Shown: piece after piece, positions 9,500-18,876 of the stretch
Position numbering within the stretch: the first letter of the stretch is position 1
Layout of the letters: each line of letters opens with the position of its first letter
Source of the DNA: Anaerolineales bacterium
GTDB lineage: Bacteria > Chloroflexota > Anaerolineae > Anaerolineales > UBA4823
Direction: 5' to 3'
DNA length: 64,000 nucleotides
Assembly: GCA_003105035.1 (NCBI GenBank)
Contig: PQAL01000043.1
Span: 98,014 to 162,013, forward strand
The notes under the pieces: generated by a model
Databases searched by the model: none
Seen by the model: only the letters and a program-made list of their open reading frames with translations
What the model was told of the DNA's origin: nothing
Made by a program: the position numbers and the translations under genes

Positions 9500-10144
9500 A
9501 TGCCTTCCTATCCAGTTCCACTCCATGAGATTCGCCGCGAGCTCGTCATTGCTAATTCGCGTTTCATTGCCTGCCTGGCCCCGGTCTTTTCCGTTGATGA
9601 AGCCAAAGGATTTATACAACGCATCAAGGCTGAGTTTCCTGATGCCACCCATCATGTGCCGGTCTACCTTGTTGGCCATGCTGCTTCGGAGATTGCCCAC
9701 TGCTCGGATGCGGGTGAGCCTTCGGGTACCGCCGGCCGGCCTGCCCTGGCGGTGCTACGTGGCAGCGGGTTGGGCGATGTCGCAGTGGTGGTCACGCGCT
9801 ATTTCGGTGGGACAAAGCTGGGCACCGGCGGGCTGGTGCGGGCCTATTCTGAAGCAGTGCGCATGGTTGTGGAGGCAGTGCCGCGCGCCGCGAAGGTGCT
9901 CACCCACACGGTTATGCTGGTTTTCCCCTACACCTACCTGGAGCGTATACGCCTGCTGGTCTCTGCCCACCTCGGTGAGGTGCTGGATGAGGATTTCACC
10001 GCCGAAGTGACCTTGACTGCCCGGTTGAGGGTGGAGGAACTACCGGCTTTTCAGTCTGCCTTAAGTGATCTGACCAAGGGCAAGGTGACCGCAGAGATCA
10101 TCGAGACCACTGAGATATTGATGCCGCTAACTTTTAAACCATGA
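9500..10144 (+). CDS. yigZ: YigZ / IMPACT family protein (UPF0029)
   Basis: RFIACLAPV..., HHVPVYLVG, DAGEPSGTAGRPALAVL and VVVTRYFGGTKLGTGGLVRAY are hallmarks of the family. Confidence 0.85.
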   Translation: MPSYPVPLHEIRRELVIANSRFIACLAPVFSVDEAKGFIQRIKAEFPDATHHVPVYLVGHAASEIAHCSDAGEPSGTAGRPALAVLRGSGLGDVAVVVTRYFGGTKLGTGGLVRAYSEAVRMVVEAVPRAAKVLTHTVMLVFPYTYLERIRLLVSAHLGEVLDEDFTAEVTLTARLRVEELPAFQSALSDLTKGKVTAEIIETTEILMPLTFKP

Positions 10145-10477
10145 TTTATATGATTTAATGATTACTATGATTAAAACAGTGCTGATTTACACTGCCCATC
10201 AATAGTATTTGGATTCAACATGTGTAAGATTTCATAGTCAATCATATGATCATTAAAATCATCGTTCAAGACAATAACATCTGAACCATGATTTTTATAA
10301 TTGCTTGATTGGCATGATTTCCAGGCTCCAAAATCATCCTCTATCATGTAAACAATCAAATCATATATCTCGATGAAAAATTTCTGAATTGTGAATTGCT
10401 TTTCTGACCGCCTTGACCCATAAATCATGGTCCATCATATAATCACGTAAATCACAGTTATAGATGGTCTATTTACT
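10141..10477. repeat. AT-rich array of ATGATT/AATCAT hexamer repeats (left flank of the GxxExxY cassette)
   Basis: ATGATTTATATGATTTAATGATTACTATGATT at 10141-10172. A 38-nt core AAATCATGGTCCATCATATAATCACGTAAATCACAGTT at 10422-10459 recurs at 10923-10960 and 11017-11055. Confidence 0.7.
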
Positions 10478-10882
10478 ATGAAGAATCCCATCAATCCCCA
10501 ATATTTGCATTCCGACCTCACCGCAAAAATAATCGCTTGTGCTATGGAAGTTCATCGCGTGCTCGGTAATGGTTTTCAAGAAGTCATTTACCAGCGTGCT
10601 TTGGAAATTGAAATGCATTCCCAGGGATTAGATTTCACGCGTGAGCATGAGATGAAAATCTACTACAAAGGCGTTGATATTGCCACACGCCGGGTGGATT
10701 TCTTCGTTGAAGAAAAAGTCATGGTGGAGATTAAGGCTGTGATAGCTTTAGAGGATGTCCATCTTGCTCAGGCGATTAATTATCTTGAAGCTTATGGATT
10801 AGAAGTGGGATTGTTACTAAACTTTGGCTCGCGTAGCTTGGAATACAAGCGCGTGATGAAACTTAAAAAGCACGAACCATGA
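10478..10882 (+). CDS. GxxExxY protein (PD-(D/E)XK nuclease-fold family)
   Basis: 134 aa. AMEVHRVLGNGFQEVIYQRALEIEM, RVDFFVEEKVMVEIKAV and AQAINYLEAYGLEVGLLLNFG are typical of the GxxExxY family. Confidence 0.85.
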   Translation: MKNPINPQYLHSDLTAKIIACAMEVHRVLGNGFQEVIYQRALEIEMHSQGLDFTREHEMKIYYKGVDIATRRVDFFVEEKVMVEIKAVIALEDVHLAQAINYLEAYGLEVGLLLNFGSRSLEYKRVMKLKKHEP

Positions 10883-11060
10883 TTGATGTGATTAAATGAT
10901 CAGCATGATTTTTCCAAGGTTTTAATCATAGTCCATCATTTAATCATTCAAATCATAGTTCATGACAAAGCCGTCTGGATCAAGATTTCTATGATTAGCA
11001 TGATTTTAACAAGGTTCTAATCACAGTCAATCAATTACTCATTCTAATCACAGTTCAGCT
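10883..11060. repeat. two imperfect tandem ~68-bp units (10898-10965, 10993-11060) forming the right flank of the GxxExxY cassette
   Basis: GATCAGCATGATTTTTCCAAGGTTTTAATCATAGTCCATCATTTAATCATTCAAATCATAGTTCATGAC versus GATTAGCATGATTTTAACAAGGTTCTAATCACAGTCAATCAATTACTCATTCTAATCACAGTTCAGCT. Confidence 0.75.
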
Positions 11061-11306
11061 CTACAGCATCATCAGCACCCGTTCGTGGGCGGAGAGCTCC
11101 CGGTACAGGTTGTCCAGCTGCTCCTGGCTCTCAGCCTTGACCTGCACCGTGATCGAGACGAATTTGCCGTTCCGTGAGAGCCGGCTCACTACAACATCCT
11201 CCTCCGCTAGCTCGGCATGCTTGCGGATGATCTCCACCACCAGGGTCTCAAAATCATCCTGGTTGGCCCCCATGACCTTGACCGGAAAGCGGGTTGGAAA
11301 ATTCAT
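11061..11306 (-). CDS. ybeD: YbeD / DUF493 family protein
   Basis: 81 aa. FPTRFPVKVMG...FVSITVQVKAESQEQLDNLYREL fits UPF0250/YbeD. Confidence 0.75.
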   Translation of the reverse strand: MNFPTRFPVKVMGANQDDFETLVVEIIRKHAELAEEDVVVSRLSRNGKFVSITVQVKAESQEQLDNLYRELSAHERVLMML

Positions 11307-11324
11307 TAGGGGGGTGATTATACC

Positions 11325-12287
11325 CTACTGGCTGCAGCCCTGTATGCTCGCCGTGCCATCCCAGCCAGCCAGGCGTGCCGAAAGCCACCAGAATGCCTGT
11401 CCTTTCAAATAACAATTCAACGAGTGGGAATGGGCACAGCTAATTGCTGGTGATGGGCAGGTTCCAGGATGGCTGTCGCACCAGCTCTGGCACCAGGGGC
11501 AGCTGTCATCGGGGTTGGGGTAAGGCGTGCCGTCCGGCAGCCAGCTTTCAATATCGGCGAAGTCGTACAGCACCTTGCCATTTGCCATTACGTAATTACG
11601 CACCATGTTGTTGTTGCGATTAAGCGTCGAATCACCTGTGCTGCCGTCGGTGTGCCCTGTCATATATACGAAGCGCACCTCAGGATATTCCCCCTCCAGC
11701 TGGGTCATCATGTCCAGGTACTGCTGCACTTCGCCAGTGCTAAGCCACGACATCTCGCCGCACCATGACCACATGAAGGCATTGGCTTGCGGTGCCGAGT
11801 TAAGCATATTGCGTGCGTTAGCCAGAAAAGCGCTTGCACTCCAGCTAAAACCGCTGTTATAACCCATGCGCAAGTAGGGTGGGTTGCTTTGGTCGGGAGG
11901 GATGATCCACTCCTTGAGAAAATTGTAGACGGGAGGGCTGTCATGGCTGCTTATATAGTCAGCTCCTGCCCAGATTTGCGTGCCATGCGAAGTGGAGCCG
12001 TAAGACCAGACCACGTTTTGCTTGGCAGCCTCGATCCACACGGATGGTATTTGGGTGATATCCCGGCTGGTGTGGTCAATGATGATTGCCGAGTGAGGCT
12101 CAGCCTCCTGAATCATCGGCAGGTAGAAGATATTTTCAGCCTTTGGGCTGGATAAGCTTCCATGGAGCACGACCTCTGGGGGCGAAGTAAAAGCCAGCGT
12201 CAACCTGGCTGAAACCAGCACGACTACGACGAATAGAATAACTGCCCCAACATAATAAAACCAGGGAACTTCTCGAATTGTCCGCAT
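11325..12287 (-). CDS. membrane-anchored extracytoplasmic protein with a Cys-rich C-terminus, function unknown
   Basis: N-terminal TM anchor and a 320-aa ORF. The C-terminal motif is CPWCQSWCDSHPGTCPSPAISCAHSHSLNC. Confidence 0.6.
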   Translation of the reverse strand: MRTIREVPWFYYVGAVILFVVVVLVSARLTLAFTSPPEVVLHGSLSSPKAENIFYLPMIQEAEPHSAIIIDHTSRDITQIPSVWIEAAKQNVVWSYGSTSHGTQIWAGADYISSHDSPPVYNFLKEWIIPPDQSNPPYLRMGYNSGFSWSASAFLANARNMLNSAPQANAFMWSWCGEMSWLSTGEVQQYLDMMTQLEGEYPEVRFVYMTGHTDGSTGDSTLNRNNNMVRNYVMANGKVLYDFADIESWLPDGTPYPNPDDSCPWCQSWCDSHPGTCPSPAISCAHSHSLNCYLKGQAFWWLSARLAGWDGTASIQGCSQ

Positions 12288-12303
12288 GAGAGCCTCCGCA
12301 CCA

Positions 12304-13011
12304 TCATTCCGCCTGTTTTGCCAGATCCGTGATCATCTCCAGCATGTGTTCGTAATGTGACCCTTTCCAGTAAATCTGGTTGCAGGATGGGCAGATGCGG
12401 AACTCGTTATAGTAGATCTTGGTCAGAGGTTCCAGGCGCTCGAGGATGTCGGCCTTGCTGACCACCTCGAGTGGGCTGTTGCATCTCAGGCAGCGTTGAA
12501 ACGGTTTCACCTGCGCCACCAATCTGAAATGCCTCAGCACTTCACCTGCCTGCCGGCGTGGGTCAGTTTGATGGATGCAGTATCCGTGCCTGATTACCTT
12601 GCGCATCAACAGCCGCCGGTCGCGTGTTAAAAGCACGCGCTGCTCCTCCATTGCCATGCTGGCGAGCTCTTCATCCTGATAGTCATTCCGGTATTGGCTG
12701 TCGAAGCCCAGCATGCGCAGATATGTAGCTAGTTTACCCAGGTGGTTATCCAGTAGGAAGCGTGCCTCCCCTTCCAGTGGCGAGTCGGGGGGGTATATTT
12801 TTATCTGGTCACCTTCGTGCAGGCGTTGGTTGATATCCACGGCTTGCCCGTTGACCTGTGATTGCCCGATCTCTGTGTGCGGCACGCCCAGCGATTCGAT
12901 CATGTGCTTGAGCGATTGGTGAGGTGCGAACTCCAGGGTGAACGAAATATCCTTGCGGTAGTGGGGCAGGAAGTCGTTCAGCTCCCCAACGAAGGAAAAC
13001 GTGGCTTTCAT
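12304..13011 (-). CDS. Mut7-C (DUF82) PIN-like RNase domain protein with an N-terminal ubiquitin-like domain
   Basis: FLLDNHLGKLATYLRMLGFD, LLTRDRRLL, and a Zn-ribbon CLRCNSPL...CPSCNQIYWKGSHYEHM. Confidence 0.8.
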   Translation of the reverse strand: MKATFSFVGELNDFLPHYRKDISFTLEFAPHQSLKHMIESLGVPHTEIGQSQVNGQAVDINQRLHEGDQIKIYPPDSPLEGEARFLLDNHLGKLATYLRMLGFDSQYRNDYQDEELASMAMEEQRVLLTRDRRLLMRKVIRHGYCIHQTDPRRQAGEVLRHFRLVAQVKPFQRCLRCNSPLEVVSKADILERLEPLTKIYYNEFRICPSCNQIYWKGSHYEHMLEMITDLAKQAE

Positions 13012-13030
13012 GGAAAGCTCAGCATTCCCG

Positions 13031-13414
13031 TCAAGCCAGCTTCAACCTCAAGGCAGACCAGTTATCATCGATCGAGATCATCGCCACACCCTGCAAGCCT
13101 AGCGTTTGCGCATATGCGTTGATCGAATCGCGGTTGATATCAGTCTTCACCTTGGAGGTGCCTTTGTGATAGGTCACCCACAGCATGCCTTTGGCTGCCA
13201 GGAGATCCTTGAGTTCAGGCAATTTTTCCTCCAGCTCGGCTTTATTTGAGACGAACACTTGGATTGCTTCCACCTGGCAGCTTGAGTCACTCAATAATGT
13301 AACGCCTTCGGGTGGTTTACCAAGTGCCTGGATATATCCGGCTGGTGGGTTCACCACCAGGAACCTGGTTCCCGGTTTGACAGATAGTTTTTGGATGATC
13401 GATTTGTCCGCCAT
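13031..13414 (-). CDS. DUF3052-like small protein
   Basis: 127 aa. KLSVKPGTRFLVVNPPAGY...AIQVFV...MLWVTYHKG resembles DUF3052. Assignment from memory. Confidence 0.6.
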   Translation of the reverse strand: MADKSIIQKLSVKPGTRFLVVNPPAGYIQALGKPPEGVTLLSDSSCQVEAIQVFVSNKAELEEKLPELKDLLAAKGMLWVTYHKGTSKVKTDINRDSINAYAQTLGLQGVAMISIDDNWSALRLKLA

Positions 13415-13526
13415 ATTACCTCCTGATATGCTTGGCGATATTCATATCATAACGGTTATTCGCCGGCATTATAGCCTGATACCCGGTTTTTGGTGTCTCT
13501 TTTCCAGGCAATTTGATCAGTCCACG

Positions 13527-16211
13527 TTATTTGGGGTGTTTCAGATTCCGTTTTAGTATATCGGACCCTGCATCGGCGCGCATCATGGCGATCGCCACAG
13601 CAGGGAGACTGGCAGCGCTTGGGTAGATCAGGTATCTTGGAGACCAGCTTGGGTCGTACTTCGCCTTGAATTCGTGCAGGCCTTTGAAGTTGTAGAACTG
13701 GTTAATGTGTTCGTACACATAATGCAGTGCCCGTTCGAAAGTTGGATCGGTGGGGTGCTCCCCAATACCCGATAAACCACTCAGCCCCATATTGAATGTA
13801 GCATATCCCTCAGCCCTGGCCCATTCGATCAAGTTCACAAACAGGAAGTCCATCTGCCCCTTTTCTGCCTGTTTACGATGGCGCATAAGGTCAATCGAGA
13901 TCTCGTTAACCTGATATTCCGGGATGATGTTCGCAAACGCCTCGATAAACCCTTCGGGGTTATGGATAACGATCAGTGGGGTGCTGTTTAGATAATCTTT
14001 ATCGAACCATCCCAGCGAGAAGTGCTTCTCAGTGCCGTGCATCGAAGTCAGCCATTCATCGCTGATCTGGTGCAGCTCCTGCATGAGCTCGGCAGGATGG
14101 GGAGGTTGCCGCACTTCCGCCCGGTAACCCAACTTGTTCATCTTGTTCACTCCGGTGCGGATGTTCTTTTTATCACCCCCGGCGATGCTGAAGGTGGTCA
14201 GGTCGATGATGGCTTCGTGGCCGATACACACTTCGTGGTAACCCAGCTCATGATAAGCCTCCAGGTTGTCTGGTAACACCTGTGCATAAGCGGCTTCCCA
14301 ATCATTCCTCTCACACAACTCCTTGAATCCAGCAATAGTGCTTAGCGTCTCTTCAGTCGGTCCAATGGGGTCACCCAGTACCAGCGCGATGCGGCCCTCC
14401 ACCGCATACCCGATCACTGATCCACCCGGGCTGAAATAATACAACTTATCATTAAAAAGGAGCATGCGGGCGATTGAGCTACGGCCGTAAGCCTCAATGA
14501 TTTCCTGGGCCTTGTACCGTTCTTCCTGGGTCGGCCCGCGTCGCACCAAAACGGGTCGGATGAGCATGATCAGGGCATAACCAATGGTTACTGCCCCTAC
14601 GATATAAATCGAGCTAACGAAGTAACGTCCGAAACGACCGGTGGGCACCACGCCTGGGTTATAAAATTGGGTGAACATCACCACGGTCTGCCGTGCCGCG
14701 CCCAGGATGCTGAAGCCGGCTTGTTGGCCAGCCACGATAAAATGCCGGTTCAGCAGGTAAAAACCGAGCACGCCGTACAGCAAGGTGAAGACCAGGGCTG
14801 CCAGCAGAGCTAGCAGTCCCTGCCTGACGGACGGCGGGTCAGATTGGGCATGGAAATATGGGCGCAGGTAGATCAGCCAGGCTGCCAGGACTGCTGCCAG
14901 GATCGCCTCTTCGTAATCCAATCCCTTAAACAGGTGCACAGGCACCGTTAGGATCAAAATTGTCACGGTCAGTACCCAGGCAAGGCGTTTGCGCCTCCAC
15001 AGCCCATTGGCCAGGATCAACAGGGCGAATCCTGCCAGCACCGAGGTCAGGTGACCGCCTATGCTCACTCCAAAGGGAGAATATTGTTCAAGCATCACCA
15101 TCCGGGTGTGTAGCGTGGGGGTCAGCCCGGATAGCACATCAATGATCCCCATCACCGCCGTCAGGATGGCTACCAACCGCACACCCCAAAGCTCGCTGGT
15201 AGTTTCTTCCTTTGCGCCAAAGTATTTCAAGCGCCGCAACAGGATGAACCCAATTGCCAGTGGGATCCAAAATGTCAGGCCGCGAAAAGCGAGGGAGATG
15301 ATGGTCGCATTAGCCAGCGGCACCCCCAGGGAGGCGAATACCAGGGTCATCATGCCTTCCACCACTCCAATCCCCTGGGGTGTCACGGCGATGATCCAGA
15401 ACAGGATGGCCATCGCATACCCCGCCACCAGCATCCCAAAATGCACCTTCTGGTGAAACGCCAGGAATAGTGAGTAGAGCATGCTCAGGTTGATCAGGTG
15501 GGCAACGAAGGCGATTCCGATGGTCTGCATCAGCAATGCGGGTCGTGCCGCAATGGCAATTGCCGCTTCGGTGAACTCAGCGGTGTTATTCTCTACCCAG
15601 CTGTCTTCCAGGAAAGCCGGGCGGTTGAAGATGCGCGCCATCCAATTGGCAAACCGTTGTGCCCAGCTGAGAATGCGTCGCAGCCATAAGGGGCGCCATA
15701 ATCCCAGCAACAGGAAGGAGGTCAATCCCCCAATGACGAGCAGGAGCAGGGCTGCGGTGAGGCTCTCGTAGTATTTGAGATTATGGTGGGTGAACAGGTA
15801 GATCATCCCGGTCACCAGCACCACCAGAAAGGCTGAAAAATCCGCCACCATCACCAGCAATGTGCCGACTGTCGCCTTGGCGGCAGATTGTCCGCGCCTG
15901 GAGGCATCATCCACAAAGACCGCCATCCCGCTAGCTCCGCCAATCGGTGCCGCCACATTCATGAATATGGAGATGAATGTCAGAGGGATCAGTTCGACTA
16001 ATCGGCTTTGGATACCGACCGTCTGGAAGGCTGAATGGTAGATACCTGTATACGTGGTGAAATAGACGATCATAAACAGGATGGCCGCCACTACCCACTG
16101 CCACTGACCTTGCATCAGTGTCTCGGCTATCTTGGTGATATCACTGAATCGGCTGATCACCACCCAGAGAAAGATGATAACCAGCAGCCAAAAAATCCAT
16201 CGTCGCTTCAT
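13527..16211 (-). CDS. mprF: bifunctional lysylphosphatidylglycerol flippase/synthetase (MprF family)
   Basis: 894 aa. About 14 TM in the N-terminal half, then a C-terminal DUF2156 aminoacyl-PG synthase domain (HFSLGWFD..., MDFLFVNLIEWARAEGYATFNMGLS, FKGLHEFKAKYDPSW). Confidence 0.9.
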   Translation of the reverse strand: MKRRWIFWLLVIIFLWVVISRFSDITKIAETLMQGQWQWVVAAILFMIVYFTTYTGIYHSAFQTVGIQSRLVELIPLTFISIFMNVAAPIGGASGMAVFVDDASRRGQSAAKATVGTLLVMVADFSAFLVVLVTGMIYLFTHHNLKYYESLTAALLLLVIGGLTSFLLLGLWRPLWLRRILSWAQRFANWMARIFNRPAFLEDSWVENNTAEFTEAAIAIAARPALLMQTIGIAFVAHLINLSMLYSLFLAFHQKVHFGMLVAGYAMAILFWIIAVTPQGIGVVEGMMTLVFASLGVPLANATIISLAFRGLTFWIPLAIGFILLRRLKYFGAKEETTSELWGVRLVAILTAVMGIIDVLSGLTPTLHTRMVMLEQYSPFGVSIGGHLTSVLAGFALLILANGLWRRKRLAWVLTVTILILTVPVHLFKGLDYEEAILAAVLAAWLIYLRPYFHAQSDPPSVRQGLLALLAALVFTLLYGVLGFYLLNRHFIVAGQQAGFSILGAARQTVVMFTQFYNPGVVPTGRFGRYFVSSIYIVGAVTIGYALIMLIRPVLVRRGPTQEERYKAQEIIEAYGRSSIARMLLFNDKLYYFSPGGSVIGYAVEGRIALVLGDPIGPTEETLSTIAGFKELCERNDWEAAYAQVLPDNLEAYHELGYHEVCIGHEAIIDLTTFSIAGGDKKNIRTGVNKMNKLGYRAEVRQPPHPAELMQELHQISDEWLTSMHGTEKHFSLGWFDKDYLNSTPLIVIHNPEGFIEAFANIIPEYQVNEISIDLMRHRKQAEKGQMDFLFVNLIEWARAEGYATFNMGLSGLSGIGEHPTDPTFERALHYVYEHINQFYNFKGLHEFKAKYDPSWSPRYLIYPSAASLPAVAIAMMRADAGSDILKRNLKHPK

Positions 16212-16344
16212 GCTGCCCCCAGGAATTCTAGCAATCCTAATTCATTATAATCATCCCCTACGCTCTGTCCCGTCTCATATTATTAGTGCGCTATTAGATT
16301 GCAGCTCGCCACTGGTGGCTAGTGGATTCAGGGTTTTCACAGCC

Positions 16345-16632
16345 TCATTTGCGTTTTTTTGGTTTTGGTTGGCTGGCTGAAAAGCCCGGGAATTCCGGCG
16401 CCCCCTGTGTACGCATGCGCTGTTCCTCGGTGACCAGGCTGACTTTTGGCCCTTCTGTCCATTCTCCACCGTTTAGCTCATCCGTGGCAAATAGGATGGC
16501 TTCCTTCGGGCTGTTGGCCCAGATGGTCTTAGCATAGGGCTCGATCGAGTTGGCCGCGTAGCTGCTGGTCTTTTGCTTCTTCCGCCCCCCTTGCTTGTTG
16601 GCGAACAGGCCCTCGACGTAATATTGTGGCAT
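16345..16632 (-). CDS. small basic hypothetical protein (95 aa)
   Basis: The C-terminal part of the 217-aa track ORF, starting at ATG 16632, just downstream of the thioesterase stop (16647). MPQYYVEGLFANKQGGRKKQK... No recognised family. Confidence 0.4.
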   Translation of the reverse strand: MPQYYVEGLFANKQGGRKKQKTSSYAANSIEPYAKTIWANSPKEAILFATDELNGGEWTEGPKVSLVTEEQRMRTQGAPEFPGFSASQPKPKKRK

Positions 16633-16646
16633 GTCACACCTGCCTG

Positions 16647-17117
16647 TCATTCTCCAAATAGCGCCGCTGGCGCTTGGATCGTCACCACTTCTCCCCGGGC
16701 GCAAACCTGTCCATTGGCGGATAGCCAGGCATCCATCACCACCTTGCGACCTTTGATCTCCTTGACCTTTGCCCGGATTTCCAGGGGCACCCCCAATGGG
16801 GTAGGTTTGAGGTAATCCACTTTTAGCGAAGCAGTCACGAATCTGAATGCTGGCAGGCTGTCCATGCTGCGTCCTTCCGCCTTGTAAGAAGCGGCTGCGG
16901 CCGTTCCTGTGCAGTGACAGTCGATCAAAGACGCGATCAGACCGCCATAAACATACCCAGGGATGGCGATATGATAGTCTCTTGGGGTGTAAAGGCACAC
17001 GCTTTCATCCCCATCCCAGTAGCTCTTGATCTGCAGGCCACGTTCGTTCAGCCGTCCGCAACCATAACAGTAACTCACATTGTCAGGATAATAATCCTGG
17101 AAAGCTTTTTCACTCAT
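16647..17117 (-). CDS. PaaI-family hotdog-fold thioesterase with an N-terminal Zn-ribbon-like CxxC
   Basis: YCYGCGRLNERGL, IPGYVYGGLIASLIDCHCTG. Confidence 0.8.
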   Translation of the reverse strand: MSEKAFQDYYPDNVSYCYGCGRLNERGLQIKSYWDGDESVCLYTPRDYHIAIPGYVYGGLIASLIDCHCTGTAAAASYKAEGRSMDSLPAFRFVTASLKVDYLKPTPLGVPLEIRAKVKEIKGRKVVMDAWLSANGQVCARGEVVTIQAPAALFGE

Positions 17118-17365
17118 CGCTTTGCTCCTATTTCTTTGGCTGCCATCTCGAGGATCGTATATCCATCCTGGACCAGCTCCTCCAGGCCAGCTTTTGCTCC
17201 GTCGTCCAGCTGCTCACCTGCCTCCATGCGCTCTATATATCGTAACAGCGAGCCACGTAACCCGCTTGCCCGGTGAGCATAGGTGGAATCGACTGAAAGG
17301 TGCTCAAGGCGGTTTGCCAGCTGCCTGGTTAGCTCTAAGTCTTTATCAGCCCGAACTCTTTTCAA
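17114..17365 (-). CDS. hypothetical helical protein (83 aa)
   Basis: 4-nt ATGA overlap with the thioesterase start. No family recognised. Confidence 0.5.
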   Translation of the reverse strand: MKRVRADKDLELTRQLANRLEHLSVDSTYAHRASGLRGSLLRYIERMEAGEQLDDGAKAGLEELVQDGYTILEMAAKEIGAKR

Positions 17366-17395
17366 GGTAACTATTTCATCCAGCTCAATTGGCCT

Positions 17396-17845
17396 CTACC
17401 ATGAAACGATTTTGGTAGGCGTCAGCTTGATCAGCACGTTTTCTGGGTCCTTCAGCCACGACTGTGGCTCGGGCTCATTCAAACCATCCTGCCCGAGATA
17501 GCGCAGGTAAATTCGGCTGGCAACTTCACTCACCAGCTCACGCGGTTCCGACACCAGCTCCACCGTGCCTTCCAACAGCACCGCCGTGAGCTTACCCCCT
17601 TCCTGCTTAGATTCGATCAGCACCGCCCCGCGTGGGTTGATCTTCAGCTCGCGTATCTTTCGGGTGCTGACGAAGCTGCTGATCCATACACAGTCTCCAT
17701 CCCACATGAACCATACCGGAACGACATGCGGTTGCAAGGTCTTCGGGTTGGTGGTAGCCAGCCGGGCTAACACCGCTTCTGCAAGCACCGTTTCGATTAA
17801 TGCCTTCCTGTCGTTCTTGTTGTCATCCGCCATGGCATTCTCCAC
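17396..17845 (-). CDS. pyridoxamine 5'-phosphate oxidase (PNPOx)-like FMN/F420-binding protein
   Basis: LARLATTNPKTLQPHVVPVWFMWDGDCVWISS...RELKINPRGAVLI is typical of the split-barrel family. Confidence 0.8.
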   Translation of the reverse strand: MENAMADDNKNDRKALIETVLAEAVLARLATTNPKTLQPHVVPVWFMWDGDCVWISSFVSTRKIRELKINPRGAVLIESKQEGGKLTAVLLEGTVELVSEPRELVSEVASRIYLRYLGQDGLNEPEPQSWLKDPENVLIKLTPTKIVSW

Positions 17846-18023
17846 CGAATATTCTCGCTGGAGTATAGTACAAAATTTGGCGCACTACAACTCTTGATTT
17901 AAATCACGAGAGCCGGGTCAGGCCCGGCTCTCAAAAAGGAGGAGAAAAGAAAACTTCAACTATGTTTATCATAACTAATTACTCACAAGTCTGCTTGACG
18001 GTTCAGTGACGATTACCCGACGA

Positions 18024-18449
18024 TTACCCATCAAGTTCGCCGGGCTGACGCATGCGCTTGATGATGCCCCGTCTACGTTTGGTCTCCAGGCGACGCAAGG
18101 TTGCCGTTCTGCTTGGCCTGGTTTTTTGACGCGGCCTGGGCTCTAGGCTGGCTTGGACGATCAGCTGGGTCAAGCGTTCCATGGCTGCCTCCCGGTTGCG
18201 TTCCTGGCTCCGGTATTGGTTTGCCTCGATAATTAATATTCCCTCGCTGGTGATTCGCCTGCCAGCCAGGCGGATCAGCCGTTGCTTGACTCCCTCCGGG
18301 ATGGATGGAGAGCCTCTGACGTCCAGGCGCAGTTGGACTGCACTGGAAACCTTATTTACGTTTTGTCCACCGGGCCCTGGGGCACGTAAGAAATCAAACT
18401 TGAGCTCGTCCTCGTTCAGCCAGATGGATGGTGTGATCGCGATCATCAA
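18024..18449 (-). CDS. arfB: alternative ribosome-rescue factor ArfB (peptidyl-tRNA hydrolase)
   Basis: GGQ motif GPGGQNVNKVSSAVQLR and a basic C-terminal tail. Confidence 0.9.
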   Translation of the reverse strand: MMIAITPSIWLNEDELKFDFLRAPGPGGQNVNKVSSAVQLRLDVRGSPSIPEGVKQRLIRLAGRRITSEGILIIEANQYRSQERNREAAMERLTQLIVQASLEPRPRQKTRPSRTATLRRLETKRRRGIIKRMRQPGELDG

Positions 18450-18581
18450 CTAAGTATATCAGCCAGATCATGCCCTGGAACAATGATCACTTGCTCGTGT
18501 TATTCTGTCCTCAGGTATCATCAATCCGTTTTTTGAGCTTTGTGATTAATCAAAGCCTAATGATTAACTTCCCGGCAGTTG

Positions 18582-18610
18582 TTGACACCCCTTTTATTTA
18601 AAGATAATAT
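18582..18610 (+). promoter_or_regulatory. sigma-70-type promoter TTGACA-N17-TAATAT
   Basis: Read directly. It sits about 265 nt upstream of ATG 18877, which implies a long leader. Confidence 0.45.
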
Positions 18611-18876
18611 ACTTCTGCTGATCATTGAAAACGGGGTTGTTTTGATGGACGATGTGCTAATAATTACCTTCCCTGAATGCTCGTATCCGATTTCCCGACC
18701 TGTTATTTCAGGGCAGGCTCACTTAGATTATTCCAATCCCGTTGCCATTATTACCCTTCCATTTTGATCGTCGCTGCTGTTATCCGGACCTTTCTGGGAG
18801 TTTCAACTGGAAATGGGTTCTGGATTATTTCGATTGATGCTTGGTCAATAGGGGTCATTCTTTTACTGGAGGGTGT

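Noticed and set aside
10171-10428. 85-aa minus-strand ORF inside the AT-rich repeat flank
   Set aside because: It lies within the ATGATT/AATCAT repeats, has no RBS and no family resemblance. It is probably a chance ORF in AT-rich DNA, though a small cassette-encoded protein cannot be excluded.
16633-16998. N-terminal two-thirds of the 217-aa ORF 16345-16998
   Set aside because: It overlaps the PaaI thioesterase gene in another frame. Only the non-overlapping 95-codon tail is kept, as a low-confidence CDS.
17906-17940. Hairpin GAGAGCCGGG-TCAG-GCCCGGCTCTC as a terminator for arfB
   Set aside because: On the minus strand the T-run precedes the stem rather than following it, and on the plus strand an A-run follows the stem. 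It does not fit a canonical intrinsic terminator in either orientation.
18611-18876. Cobalamin or c-di-AMP riboswitch in the long leader of the B12-domain/opine-dehydrogenase operon
   Set aside because: I could not find a B12 box (AGYCMGGAGACCKGCC-like) or the paired ACGGGG...CCCA elements of the ydaO motif. The leader remains unexplained, and it is noted under the operon finding rather than called as a feature.
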